A stretch of 64,000 bases of DNA from Candidatus Bathyarchaeota archaeon (GCA_963767735.1 CAVYES010000005.1:64001-128000); one strand, 5' to 3'; counted from the first letter of the stretch, positions 31,082 through 41,913 are shown. A program made the numbers and translations. Notes: generated from the sequence alone by a model not told the origin.

Positions 31082-32416
31082 ACGGGTATAGTAACAAGAG
31101 CAGTAAGAAATATTTCAAGACGAAAAATGAAAGCACTACTGGTTATTTTTGCACTAGGTTTTGCCTTAGCCATGATGATTTCCCTTCCGCCAGGCATTAC
31201 AGCAAACCAAGCAGCAGCACAAAATGCGATCAATACTATAAACACTTCATCTAATGCTGTTAACGCAACCTTGAGCAGAGCAGCAACTGAAATAGATTGT
31301 AGTCTTCCACCAACCGTAAGTCAACAAACATCGAGTAGTTCTGGATACTACCTTAGTACAGGCGGACAGTCCTCGGGAGATTACAGCGGCTTAACATTTA
31401 CAGATATGAATGAAAGTCATTACTCAGCCATCAATTCTATTTCAGGTGTAGCAACTGTTATCCCAATTCTTCAAGCAAATGAGCAAGATGGTCAATTTGC
31501 TTACCAGATTCAGGGTATACCGACAGACGCTTCCTTGATAAACACGTATCCCATTGCGCCTTACTCCACAAACATGACTTCTGGTAGAACATTACAGGCA
31601 GGTGATAGCGGCGTTGCCGTCATCGGTCAAACAGATGCAGATCACTGGGGTGTAGCCGTGGGCGGAACTATCAATATTTTGGGAAAGAACTTCGAAGTAG
31701 TTGGTATCCATGGTTATTCAGTCGCAACAGACGAATCAAATATTTACATGAGCCTTAGCGACGCACAAGCTATAACTGGTAATTCTGGGAATGCAACAAC
31801 GCTCAAAGTATTCTGTAATAACGTGAATGATGTCAGTTCAGTGCAAGCTCAAATTCAATCCTCATACTCCGAGTTGGATGTTAACTCAGCCACGTCTCTA
31901 CTTAGCCAAGTTACCGGGGCTGAAGCCCAAACCGCTCAAGAATTAAAACAAGCACAAAACACCATGAATCAAACACAAGGAACAGCTATAACGGAAATAG
32001 CGGTTGCTATCGTCGCAGCAAGCTCAATAGTGTTGTTCATCATGTTAAACATAGTAAGGGAGAGAACAAAAGAAATCGGGACACTCAAAGCAATGGGCGC
32101 CAGTAGCCGCGTTATTATGGGTCAGTTCATGATTGAAGGTATCGTGCTAAGCGTAATAGGCGGTGTATTAGGCATAGCTATAGGTGTAGTCGGCGCAACG
32201 GCACTAGCTGGTGCATTACTTCCACATGTAAATCAAGCTGCAGGATTCATGACTTCTTCAGGCAGTACTAGTTCAACTGCTTTATCCGTGAGTGTAAGTC
32301 CTGAACTTATGCTGATCGGGTTAGGCGCTGCAGTACTCTTAGGAGCATTGGGAACACTGTATCCGGCTTGGAGAGCATCAAGAACAAGACCAGCGGAGGC
32401 AATGAGATATGAGTGA
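31082..32416 (+). CDS. MacB/FtsX-type ABC permease
   Basis: VRERTKEIGTLKAMGAS, YPAWRASR; frame extends upstream to an ACG at 31082 after a GGAGGT RBS. Confidence 0.9.
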   Translation, partial: TGIVTRAVRNISRRKMKALLVIFALGFALAMMISLPPGITANQAAAQNAINTINTSSNAVNATLSRAATEIDCSLPPTVSQQTSSSSGYYLSTGGQSSGDYSGLTFTDMNESHYSAINSISGVATVIPILQANEQDGQFAYQIQGIPTDASLINTYPIAPYSTNMTSGRTLQAGDSGVAVIGQTDADHWGVAVGGTINILGKNFEVVGIHGYSVATDESNIYMSLSDAQAITGNSGNATTLKVFCNNVNDVSSVQAQIQSSYSELDVNSATSLLSQVTGAEAQTAQELKQAQNTMNQTQGTAITEIAVAIVAASSIVLFIMLNIVRERTKEIGTLKAMGASSRVIMGQFMIEGIVLSVIGGVLGIAIGVVGATALAGALLPHVNQAAGFMTSSGSTSSTALSVSVSPELMLIGLGAAVLLGALGTLYPAWRASRTRPAEAMRYE

Positions 32417-33254
32417 GCTAGCACTAAAAATCGAGAACTTAGCGAAAGCATATACGCTTGGTAAACGAGAGATTCGTCCTCTAACCAGCCTTAACCTTGA
32501 GGTAAAGAAAGGCGAATTCATTGCTATCATGGGACCATCCGGTTCAGGCAAAACTACATTGCTCAACATTATGGGATGCATTGACAAGCCGACCAAAGGC
32601 AAAGTCCTCATCGATAATGTCGACGTTACAAACTTGCCAGAAACAGAACTTTGTAAAATTCGCAAAGACAAGATAGGCTTCGTATTTCAAAACTTCAACC
32701 TACTGCCCTACCTGAACGCTCGGGAAAACGTTGAGTTAGCAATGGAACTTTCGGGAAAATTCCCAAACGAAAGGAGCAAACGGGCAAATAAGCTTCTGGC
32801 AACGGTAGGCTTGTCTGGGCGTGAGAATCATAGGCCAAATCGACTCAGCCAAGGCGAGCAACAACGAGTAGCAATAGCCAGAGCATTAGCCAACGACCCA
32901 GCCATAATTCTAGCTGATGAGCCCACAGGAAACCTTGACCTGAAAAACAAGCAGGAAATTGTCAAACTGCTCGCAAACCTAAACCTAAAACAAGGCACTA
33001 CCATAATAGTGGTAACACACGATGGGCAAGTCGGAGCACATACTGAGCGAATGATTCTTCTAAAAGATGGAAAAATCGATAAAGAAAAAGAGGGATTGCA
33101 TTTGACAAAGAAACTTATATGTCCTCACTGCCATGCCAAACTACCAACGGAAAACGGAGTATGCCCTAGCTGCGGAAAAACATTGCAAGAACGCAAACTA
33201 ATGCGCGGATTATTACCACCAGCTGCTGCTCAAGGGACAAAAGGTAAGACGTGA
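32409..33254 (+). CDS. ABC ATP-binding protein (LolD/MacB type) with C-terminal zinc ribbon
   Basis: GPSGSGKT, LSQGEQQR, ILADEPTGNLD; CPHC..CPSC. Confidence 0.95.
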   Translation: MSELALKIENLAKAYTLGKREIRPLTSLNLEVKKGEFIAIMGPSGSGKTTLLNIMGCIDKPTKGKVLIDNVDVTNLPETELCKIRKDKIGFVFQNFNLLPYLNARENVELAMELSGKFPNERSKRANKLLATVGLSGRENHRPNRLSQGEQQRVAIARALANDPAIILADEPTGNLDLKNKQEIVKLLANLNLKQGTTIIVVTHDGQVGAHTERMILLKDGKIDKEKEGLHLTKKLICPHCHAKLPTENGVCPSCGKTLQERKLMRGLLPPAAAQGTKGKT

Positions 33255-33613
33255 TTATCAGATGAAGGTTGTGCAAGTAACTATTAGGAGACTCCTAATA
33301 ACTTTTTTATAGTTTCAATCTTTTTTCAAGGCTCTAATACCTGACATTTATAACAAAGGTCAAAAACAAAAAAAGGAGACGCAAAAACGAGAGGTAACCA
33401 AAACGCTAATGTCGATATCGGCCGTTGGGTGCTAGACGAAACTAGACAGCGACCCCCGAAAAAGAGAAAACAGATGCATAAACGAGGCATTATTAGTGAC
33501 TTCGACCCGAGATGTAGGTTCCGTTACCCCAAATTCACTTTCGCCGAGAAATGGTTTCTGTGGGCTTTCTTCCAGCGTCTTTTCAAAAGTTGCTGACTTA
33601 ATGTTCCGATCCT

Positions 33614-33637
33614 TGGGTTCAAATCCCACAAAGCCCG
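33614..33637 (+). repeat. Degenerate att copy of the tRNA-Arg 3' end (20/24)
   Basis: tgggttcaaatcccacaaagcccg. Confidence 0.7.
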
Positions 33638-33736
33638 TTCCCATTTTGGAAAAGTAATCACAGATCGACCCATTCCGCTACTCCAAATAGAATTCAGGTC
33701 GGTTTTAATTGAAATGTCCATTATGGCACGTCCAAT

Positions 33737-34170
33737 CTATCTATGTCTATAACGAGTCAATGTTTTTGGTCCCCATAAGAATGCGGCGATGGTTGCTGTA
33801 ATTATTATGATTATTCCAGTGATCTCCGGATTGTAATATGAGCCATAGATTGGAAATACAACCCAAGTGATATCGATCATTGCATGAAATAGGATCGCTG
33901 CAAATAGGCTCTTTCCAGTGTTATTATAGAGCCAAACGATGAGAACCCGCAACCCGACGGAGGCCAGGCATTCCCAGACGATCCACATAGCGGAATTATT
34001 TGCCTCAATATATGGCACGACATGCCATATTGCCCACACCGCTCCCAAAATGATGCTTGCCTGTAATGCACCCCACTGATCCTGCATAGGGTCGATAGCG
34101 TAACCTGACCAACCTACTTCCTCGCCTATGGCCGAGACGAAGAATACAATAAAAAGAAGAAAACTTGAGG
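33737..34170 (-). pseudogene. 5'-truncated CAAX/CPBP intramembrane protease
   Basis: IGEEVGWSGY upstream of the called ORF, WAIWH and FHAMID motifs; in-frame stop near 34203 and no N-terminus. Confidence 0.75.
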
Positions 34171-34370
34171 AGTATACCGTTTGACTTCGGTTATTTCTGT
34201 GCTAATGGCAGTTAGAACCTGCTCAAAAGCCATTTCAGAGTATAACCTTGGGCATGGGAAAAGTCCATGCTTTTCAGAAGTCACTTTTCTGTCACTGGTT
34301 GGTCCTGATTATCCATTGCTAATTTTGCCATGCGCTGATGGAGAGGAAAATATGGAGTGTGCATTTTGCC

Positions 34371-34820
34371 ATGGAAGAGAGCGAAAAACCTGTTCAGAAC
34401 CAGAAAAAACGCAGCCAAAGCGAAAAGATAGGCCGCCTCAAGTATAACCAACAACTCCTCAAACAGACATTGACAGAGGTTGAGGAGGTCAAACTTATGT
34501 TGCGAACAATCTTTGCAGGATTGAAGGATACTTTCAGTTTTGGGCCATCGCTAATTGAGCGGGTATCTTGCCGAGATGAGGTTGATCGAGAGATTTTACG
34601 TTTGTTATTTGAGGCCGGATCGCAAGGCTTGTTACCAAAGGAACTTGCGGCTAAACTTGAGCGATTCCAAGTTACCCGTTTTCAAGTGAGTCGCCGACTT
34701 TTGAGGATGAATAAACGATTAAAAAAGGAATTTGGCGAGCAAATTGTAGAGCAGAGAGGTTGGCATTGGGCTCTCACTATTTTTGCTGCTGAGGTTTGGG
34801 GCAAAACTGAAAGAAATTAA
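34371..34820 (+). CDS. wHTH-domain hypothetical protein
   Basis: DEVDREILRLL..LPKELAAKL..VSRRLLRMN. Confidence 0.65.
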   Translation: MEESEKPVQNQKKRSQSEKIGRLKYNQQLLKQTLTEVEEVKLMLRTIFAGLKDTFSFGPSLIERVSCRDEVDREILRLLFEAGSQGLLPKELAAKLERFQVTRFQVSRRLLRMNKRLKKEFGEQIVEQRGWHWALTIFAAEVWGKTERN

Positions 34821-34906
34821 AAATTTTCTCTATGTCTATCAAGTTTCTTGCTCCAGAGGCAACTGATACATGTTTTCAAAAACACTATCTAAAAGCTTTT
34901 TATAGT

Positions 34907-34936
34907 AGTAAACGGTTAACTAATAAATTATTTACT
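34907..34936 (+). promoter_or_regulatory. Putative PadR operator 1
   Basis: 27/30 identical to 37110-37139; directly after a TATA box. Confidence 0.7.
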
Positions 34937-35036
34937 ATTGGAGACAGTTTTGACATGATAAAGATTAATCATAATACTCATCACTTCTCGGGTCATAATA
35001 TCGGCGTCACTTTTTCCCTATAAATATATTTGGAAT

Positions 35037-36065
35037 GTGAAGATGATGGAAAACATTGTCGAAACATCAAACCTAACAAAAATTTACGACAAAAACTTTA
35101 CAGCAGTCGATAACCTGAACTTAGAGATACAAAACGGAGAAATCTTTGGCTTACTAGGTCCAAACGGGGCAGGAAAAACCACCACAATTCGCATGCTCAC
35201 AACTCTTACCAAACCAACATCCGGAACTGCTTTTGTAGTTGGTCACGATATAGCGAAGGAACCAAACAGAGTCCGAGAAGCGATCGGATATTCTACTCAA
35301 GAATCAGCGGTTGACGAAAGCGCCACTGCAAGAGAATATCTATCCATCTTTGGCCACTATTATCATTTAGATCTGAAAAGAATAAATACACGAATTGATG
35401 AATTGCTTGAACTCTTCGATTTAACTGACGCTGCAGGGCGACTGGTGAAAACTTATTCGGGTGGAATGCGCAAGCGTTTAGAAATTGCCACGGCACTAAT
35501 TCATGAACCTAAATTGCTATTTCTAGACGAACCTACACTTGGATTGGACATACAAACACGCGTCCATATGTGGCAATACATCCAAAAACTCAACCAAAAT
35601 GGAACAACCATACTCCTAACAACTCACTATCTCGAAGAGGCTGACAGACTATGCGATCGAATCGCTATCGTCGACCATGGCAAAATTGCCGCCCTTGATA
35701 CACCTAAAGGGCTAAAAAGCAAGATTAAAGGTCAAGTAGTTTCTGTGATAGTAAGGTCTCTTGAAAAAGAGGAGTTGAATGCTACAATCAATAAAGCAAA
35801 ACAAGCCCTATCTAGTCAATCGTTTATCACAGGTATCCAACTAACAGGAGACGGTGTAAATGTACATGTAGACGATGGAATCTCGGCAATTTCAAGAATA
35901 CAGATTTTACTCGATAAAGTAGGCATTGCAATTGAGAGCACAACTTTGTCGAATCCGTCACTGGACGACGTTTTCATTATGCTTACGGGAAGAACGATTC
36001 GTGAAGAAAAGGGAAAACCACTTGGTCTTCACAAAATGGGAGAAGCAAAAAGGAGGCAACAATAA
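35037..36065 (+). CDS. DrrA-type ABC exporter ATPase
   Basis: GPNGAGKT, YSGGMRKR, FLDEPT, TTHYLEEA. Confidence 0.95.
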   Translation: MKMMENIVETSNLTKIYDKNFTAVDNLNLEIQNGEIFGLLGPNGAGKTTTIRMLTTLTKPTSGTAFVVGHDIAKEPNRVREAIGYSTQESAVDESATAREYLSIFGHYYHLDLKRINTRIDELLELFDLTDAAGRLVKTYSGGMRKRLEIATALIHEPKLLFLDEPTLGLDIQTRVHMWQYIQKLNQNGTTILLTTHYLEEADRLCDRIAIVDHGKIAALDTPKGLKSKIKGQVVSVIVRSLEKEELNATINKAKQALSSQSFITGIQLTGDGVNVHVDDGISAISRIQILLDKVGIAIESTTLSNPSLDDVFIMLTGRTIREEKGKPLGLHKMGEAKRRQQ

Positions 36066-36833
36066 TTGAGTTTCTCTTCTGATGCTTGGCATACTCTGAT
36101 TAGACGTGTTATTTATTACAGGCGTCAGCCTGTGTTCATTTTCTCCACTGTTGTACAACCTTTATTCTGGCTCCTACTGTTCGCTCCCTTATTTCAGAAT
36201 ATCGCTCTTGAGCCAGGTTTCCCCGCTAGCAGCTACTTGGCATTCTTCACTCCAGGCGTCATAGTTATACTTGCAATATATTCATCGATCTTCTCAGGAT
36301 TCATAATCGGGGCAGATATAAACTTCAGCGTGTTGGAAAAGATACTTGTTACGCCTGTTAACCGCTACGCACTTATGCTCGGCGAAGTGCTTAGCTCTAC
36401 TTTGATACTATACTTGCAAGTGATAATAGTATTCGCAATAGCGCTACTCTTGGGAGTAAGCATAATTACAAGTATCACTGGCGTGCTGCTAACGCTCGTG
36501 ATCGTTGGATCGCTGAATATGGCCATAGCGGCTCTTTCAAACGCATTCATAATCAAAATGAAGAACAGTGAAACGTTGGGCGCACTGAGCGCTATAGTTA
36601 CATTGCCACTGCTATTTATTTCCTCGATCCTTGTGCCTTCCTCACTTGCACCAAGCTGGGCGCAGACCGCGATGAGGTTCAACCCAGTGAATTATGCTGT
36701 GGAGGCAATAAGACCACTATTTATAAGCGGATTCGATTGGCAGACATTTCTCACAGGCTTAACGGTACTCACAATATTCGCAGCTGTTGCAATCGTAATA
36801 GCGACGTTAACACTTAGAAACTATGGAAAGTAA
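36066..36833 (+). CDS. ABC-2 type permease
   Basis: Six TM segments, YLAFFTPG, FNPVNYAVEAIR. Confidence 0.9.
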   Translation: MSFSSDAWHTLIRRVIYYRRQPVFIFSTVVQPLFWLLLFAPLFQNIALEPGFPASSYLAFFTPGVIVILAIYSSIFSGFIIGADINFSVLEKILVTPVNRYALMLGEVLSSTLILYLQVIIVFAIALLLGVSIITSITGVLLTLVIVGSLNMAIAALSNAFIIKMKNSETLGALSAIVTLPLLFISSILVPSSLAPSWAQTAMRFNPVNYAVEAIRPLFISGFDWQTFLTGLTVLTIFAAVAIVIATLTLRNYGK

Positions 36834-37109
36834 GCTCATGATTGGAATAAATGACCTAAATCTTCAATATTCGCCTAAAACCCTTCCTAGTAGCTTTCCA
36901 GAGCGCCTTCGGCTTTACTTTGGTTGGTCTAACAGGTAAGTGCTGAAGTTCTTTTCTATACTCAGATGTATCCGCCGCGGCAATTGAACTGAGCAAACCT
37001 AAGAGATTTGTAAACTTCTTAAGAAATAATGGGAGCTAAAAAACCTTTAAGATTTAATAAATGCTGCGCTGGAAACACTTTTTTGCTTTTGACAATCTTT
37101 ATATTGCTA

Positions 37110-37139
37110 AGTAAACTGTTAACTAATAAATTGTTTACC
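37110..37139 (+). promoter_or_regulatory. Putative PadR operator 2
   Basis: agtaaactgttaactaataaattgtttacc, after a TATA box. Confidence 0.7.
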
Positions 37140-37170
37140 TAATATGGTAAAATCACGAAGGTGCAGCTAA

Positions 37171-37737
37171 GTGTCTTATGTTGAATGCATGGTATTAGGC
37201 TTAATAAGTCAAGGCTATCGTTACGGACACGAATTAGATAAGGTTATCGAAGAACGCAATATGCGTTTGTGGTCAAAATTAACTCGCGTTGCTATGTACA
37301 AGGCTCTCACACGCATCAGAGAAAAAGGTTGGGTCAAGGCAAATACTGAGAAAGAAGGGAAACAGCCCGAAAGAATTGTATATACACTCACAGAATCGGG
37401 CAAAGAGGCACTTAAGAGTTTGGTAGCCGAGGAACTTGCATCAAATGAATTAATGGAATTTCACATCAGTATACCTGTTAGTTTTCTTTATATACTTCCG
37501 CCAGCGGAAGTTATCATACACTTGGAAAAACGAAAAAAATTCTTAGTCCAACTATTAGAGCGGATTTCGTTAATTGAAGACATTGATAATTGTAATGTTT
37601 GGGGAAAAAGAGCGAACGGAAAATTGATTCATGGATATTATCGATTAGAAGTACAATGGCTAGAATGGTTAATTTCCGAATTAAATGGGAAACCCACTAG
37701 TGCGAGTGATGATGAAGAGGGTAAATGGAGCCTTTAG
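37171..37737 (+). CDS. PadR family regulator
   Basis: YGHEL..MYKALTRIREKGWV..YTLTESGKEAL. Confidence 0.9.
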   Translation: MSYVECMVLGLISQGYRYGHELDKVIEERNMRLWSKLTRVAMYKALTRIREKGWVKANTEKEGKQPERIVYTLTESGKEALKSLVAEELASNELMEFHISIPVSFLYILPPAEVIIHLEKRKKFLVQLLERISLIEDIDNCNVWGKRANGKLIHGYYRLEVQWLEWLISELNGKPTSASDDEEGKWSL

Positions 37738-37738
37738 A

Positions 37739-38242
37739 ATGAATAAGAAAATAACGAGCAGCAAAGGCTTGAAATTCTTGCGCATTTTACACTTTTTATC
37801 AGTAAGCATATGGTTCGGAGGAATAGCATGCATAGGCGTTTTAGCCATTATATGCTTTTTTAATTTAGACAAAACTGATTTTCTAAAATTTTCTCCTTTA
37901 GTTGTGGGGCTATATCCAGAACTAATTTTACCTGCAGCTGTTTTCACAATAATTGTGGGGATTATTTATGGGGCTTTTACAAATTGGGGCTTTTTTAAGC
38001 ATAATTGGTTGCGACTGAAATGGATCTTAATAATTTTACTTATTCCTTGTACTGGCATTGGCGGCATTGATCAGTTCATGTCAGTAATTGAAAAGGTAAA
38101 GGCAGGCGACTTTAAAGGGGGATTCTCTGACGGATGGCTTGTTCTTTTGTTCATATTCCTACAGATTTTAATAATCCTAATTATGTTTGTTATATCTGTT
38201 TTTAAACCTGTGAAAAAAAATAGTGAAAGCAAATCTCTCTAA
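37739..38242 (+). CDS. Four-TM membrane protein (DUF2269-like)
   Basis: LRILHF..WFGG, WGFFKHNW..LKW, ISVFKP. Confidence 0.7.
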   Translation: MNKKITSSKGLKFLRILHFLSVSIWFGGIACIGVLAIICFFNLDKTDFLKFSPLVVGLYPELILPAAVFTIIVGIIYGAFTNWGFFKHNWLRLKWILIILLIPCTGIGGIDQFMSVIEKVKAGDFKGGFSDGWLVLLFIFLQILIILIMFVISVFKPVKKNSESKSL

Positions 38243-38583
38243 GACCGAAGGCTTTGTGTTTGTTAACCTGCGTTAATTTCGCTTGAAGTAAGATCGCCGA
38301 AGCCCGAAGTCAATTCTATAAATGGACCTACCAACACGATAAACGCCAAAAATTCTTGAAACGAAATCTTTCATTGGAGTCCCTGATTTATCATAAAACG
38401 TTCAGATTGTTTTAGGAAAAGTTTGTGTTTCTCCATAATTTGGTGCTATGCTTTGTTTAGAAAATGGTGTCGAGGGAGCAGTCTATTTTAATTGCTGTAA
38501 CCTTTCTGATGCGCTGAAATTACTGAGCTATCTAAAGAAACGCTGTTCATTACGATAGATTCTCGCCAGGGTTTCAAAATTTC

Positions 38584-39228
38584 GTGAAGCACAGCGAGAG
38601 CCCCAGCCCAGGAAATAAGGACAACTTTCTACCCGAGGCAAAGACTCTGGCAAAAATGGGCGCACTGACTCTGCTTGTAGACGCACCTTGGGCTTCAAAG
38701 GATTTTGGCCTGCACATATCCCAAATGGTCCCAGGCGCAATCCGCGACATGTACATTCAAGCAATTGCTGATTTCCGCAGAGGAATAGATCTTATTGATT
38801 CACAAATGGATACAAACCTAAATTGTATAGGCTACGTGGGGCATAGTTTTGGTGCACTCTTGGGCGGAATACTAGCAGGCGTTGAGAGGAGAATAAAAGC
38901 TTATGTGTTAATGGCGGGTGTAGGGAGCTTCACTGATATTGCCTTAGCGAATATGCCCAATCTGAATGGTGCTGCTTTAGAAGAATTTAGAAAAGCGTTT
39001 GAACCCATTGACCCCGTTCACTATGTGGGACACGCTGCGCCTTCAGAGCTGTTTTTTCAGTTCGGCTCTGACGACATATTTTTTCCGAACCAAAAGTTCT
39101 TGAAATATTACATTGCGGGTAGCCAACCAAAAACGATAAAATGGTACAATGCAGATCACTATGGTTTAAATGAAAAAGGATGCCTTGACCGCATAGCCTG
39201 GTTAAAAGCTCAGCTATCTCTGAAATAA
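38584..39228 (+). CDS. Alpha/beta hydrolase (probably 5'-truncated)
   Basis: GYVGHSFGA nucleophile elbow; candidate Asp and His near the C-terminus. Confidence 0.75.
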   Translation: MKHSESPSPGNKDNFLPEAKTLAKMGALTLLVDAPWASKDFGLHISQMVPGAIRDMYIQAIADFRRGIDLIDSQMDTNLNCIGYVGHSFGALLGGILAGVERRIKAYVLMAGVGSFTDIALANMPNLNGAALEEFRKAFEPIDPVHYVGHAAPSELFFQFGSDDIFFPNQKFLKYYIAGSQPKTIKWYNADHYGLNEKGCLDRIAWLKAQLSLK

Positions 39229-39269
39229 ACAGAGATAAAAAAGAAAACTTCCGCGCAAATAAAAATGTG

Positions 39270-39548
39270 TCAAACGAAACAATCAGAGGGAGCTAATGGG
39301 GCGTGGAGGCCGGTGTCAGCAGGTATTGAGTGTTTGAAGCTGAGTTTTTCCAGGTTGAGGCTGTCAACGAATGCGTCAATGAACCTGACGGGGTTTTCTT
39401 TGTCAACATATTTGTCGATGGTGTCTGGAAACAGCACTGTTTGGTCTCTATGGGTTCCGTTTACATGTTCGCTCATGGCTTTTCAATTGTTCTAAAGCTA
39501 GCTTTAAGCTTAACGGTAAGCGGATTATAGGACTTTTCACACAATCTG
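39270..39548 (-). mobile_element. IS1182-family remnant (left end plus transposase N-terminus)
   Basis: RDQTVLFPDTID.YV...NPVRFIDAFVDSL; IR-like end ggacttttcacacaatctg at 39530-39548. Confidence 0.75.
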
Positions 39549-39569
39549 GTTTGGGTCTGAGACCCAGCG
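39549..39569 (+). repeat. 21-bp direct repeat, copy 1 (palindromic, T-arm-like)
   Basis: gtttgggtctgagacccagcg is identical to 41893-41913. Confidence 0.85.
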
Positions 39570-39737
39570 CCTCGCCAACAAACCTAACAGCCTCATTTTG
39601 TATCATTTGGGTAATGTTTTCGTTTTCTAAGAAGATTCATGCCAGCCATATTGCAAACGTAGTTAAAGTTGCTTGTTTTACAATGAAAAAATTGTTGTTC
39701 CGGTGAAAGTTCATTAAATGGCCGAGATAAAATTCCA

Positions 39738-40184
39738 TTAGCTTTCTGATGTCGAGGACGTGTTCAGGGTCACGGCGGCGCGGATAAGAGTTTTCATAGC
39801 CTCCTCGTTAACCTTGTCGCCTTCGTGGAAGTCGATGGCACGCCTTGAACTACTTTCGAGGCAAGAATTGAAGAGAGCTGAGGGGTCATCCAACAAGGCG
39901 CCTGTGGGAAATGTCATTTTAACTGCATTCTTGTAGATCTCGCCGGTGCAGATGAGCCCGTTGTGAGACCAAACTGCAACGCCCAACGGATTGGAGGGCT
40001 TTATCCACTTTACTGCCTCGACGACTTCAGGATCGGCTTGTTTGATCAAAGCGCGGAGGTGGGAAAGCATCTCTCCTCTCCAGTCGCCTAGCTCCTGGAT
40101 TCTTTTGTCTATGAGTTGAGATGCAGATTCAACGCCCTGGTGGCCATTCTTTTTCATCGACTCGCTGAGCATTCTCTTGGTCAT
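39738..40184 (-). CDS. DUF1801 (YdhG-like) protein
   Basis: LGDWRGEML..VVEAVKW..ICTGE.YK.AVKMTF. Confidence 0.85.
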   Translation of the reverse strand: MTKRMLSESMKKNGHQGVESASQLIDKRIQELGDWRGEMLSHLRALIKQADPEVVEAVKWIKPSNPLGVAVWSHNGLICTGEIYKNAVKMTFPTGALLDDPSALFNSCLESSSRRAIDFHEGDKVNEEAMKTLIRAAVTLNTSSTSES

Positions 40185-40258
40185 CTTATCACAACAGAAT
40201 CGTTCTTTTTACCATATTTAAAAGCAACCGACCTTTAAATTCAGGAACCCTCAAGCTT

Positions 40259-40630
40259 TTATGATTGTAGAATGTTCCAGATGTTGCCATCAGGATCATT
40301 GACGCTGAAGAATCTGCCTCCCCGTGGATAAGGCATGATCTCACTGTTTGGCTTGACGCCCTTTGCTTTAATCGTCTTGTATGCTGCATCAACATCCGGT
40401 GTTGAAATAAAGAAGTTTCTTCCTGTATCGAATTTGACTTGTTCCGAAATAAAGTCAAGGGCAAGGTATGTGCCGCCGCCGGGAGGAACGACGAAGACAC
40501 TACGGTTTCCTTTCCCCCACTTGGCGTCTCCATTTGCTTCAAAGCCTAAAACATCAGTGTAGAACGCTTTGGCTTTATCCATGTCACTTACTTGCAGATG
40601 AGTCAAAATTATTTTATCAACAATTTTCAT
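40259..40630 (-). CDS. VOC/glyoxalase family protein
   Basis: VSDMDKAKAFYTDVLGF..DPDGN. Confidence 0.9.
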   Translation of the reverse strand: MKIVDKIILTHLQVSDMDKAKAFYTDVLGFEANGDAKWGKGNRSVFVVPPGGGTYLALDFISEQVKFDTGRNFFISTPDVDAAYKTIKAKGVKPNSEIMPYPRGGRFFSVNDPDGNIWNILQS

Positions 40631-40782
40631 AAAAATCACATTGCTATAATAACTAGCGCAACCTAGCATAAATTTTCGCACCCAATAGTCTTCGTGTTTT
40701 TGGACAGGCCAACATTATCAAACAACCAACGCGGAAACGAAAGTAACATGCAAGTTGTGACAGAGCAATAACTCATGAATTA

Positions 40783-41685
40783 TCATTTGCTTCGTCGCTC
40801 GCATTCGTCTACAAGCCAAATAAAGTCATGCTTTACTTCTTCAATTACGCTCAGAGTGGCTGATTTGACTTCGGGTCTTTCTTTTACCATTTGAAAGATC
40901 TCGTCTCCCTCGCTGATATTTGAAGTTGCAAAAGTAATAAAAGAGCCATTGCTTGAATCTCCTGTTACAAACACCAGATTAGTTACCCTCGAAAGCACAA
41001 GAGATTCTACTTGGGCTTTCTTGTTACTTTGACTTTGAATCATCAGGTCGTAGGCAACTCCTGACATTTTTCTTAAGTCAATCATTGGCAGGATGAAGAT
41101 AGCTGAGGATTCCAACATCTTGTTTAGCCTTCTTTTCACCGTTTTTTCAGAAACCCCAACTACTGCAGCTATGTCCGCTATCTTTCTTTCTGCGTTTCTC
41201 AGTAATTGCCCACATATTTTCCAATCAAGCGCTGTCATCTGAAAGCATGTTGGGGGGACATTAATTTCTGAAACGATGGGAGATTTAACTTCGCCCATCT
41301 TAAGGATTTGATCAGAAGACCTTTTTTGGCTGTCATCAAACAAAGTTATTAACAATTCATCACCGTAATAATTTATAACCTGAACAACTCCGTCGCTTGA
41401 TTCAATCCGGGATATTGTTTCTTTTTTGGAACTCAAACCCGCTGACTTCATAAGCAGAAATGAGGTTTTTCGGTTTAGCACCATGGGGTTTGGTAATAGT
41501 CTCCAACCCAAAAATAAGCCATCTTCCTTCAAGTGCTTGATTCTATTCCTTACAGTTTCTTCATCTACACCTATCCTTTGCGCGATTTCAAGGTAAGTTT
41601 TCTTGGTGTTCCAAAATCCCACTGACCCCCTGAGCTCCGTTATTAAACGAGAATAGGCTTTGTTTCCAACCCACAAAACGACCAA
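40783..41685 (-). CDS. Lrp/AsnC-like regulator with two HTH units
   Basis: EIAQRIGVDEETVRNRI and DIAAVVGVSEKTVKRRL. Confidence 0.8.
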   Translation of the reverse strand: MVVLWVGNKAYSRLITELRGSVGFWNTKKTYLEIAQRIGVDEETVRNRIKHLKEDGLFLGWRLLPNPMVLNRKTSFLLMKSAGLSSKKETISRIESSDGVVQVINYYGDELLITLFDDSQKRSSDQILKMGEVKSPIVSEINVPPTCFQMTALDWKICGQLLRNAERKIADIAAVVGVSEKTVKRRLNKMLESSAIFILPMIDLRKMSGVAYDLMIQSQSNKKAQVESLVLSRVTNLVFVTGDSSNGSFITFATSNISEGDEIFQMVKERPEVKSATLSVIEEVKHDFIWLVDECERRSK

Positions 41686-41892
41686 CTCATTAAAAAGATA
41701 ACAATCATCTTTTAAGAAACTTGCTGTAGCTTATTGTCAACAACAACCAATATTTGTTCAAAACAAGTGGCTTGAAGAACGGCTCGTTTTTCAGCATCTT
41801 TGCTAGTGCTTAGCCGAAGGCGTTAAGATCTCCAAGCTTAAAAATTGCCATGAACGATACAGTAAATACGTCTGAATTCAGGTTCTGAACCC

Positions 41893-41913
41893 GTTTGGGT
41901 CTGAGACCCAGCG
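41893..41913 (+). repeat. 21-bp direct repeat, copy 2
   Basis: Identical to 39549-39569. Confidence 0.85.
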
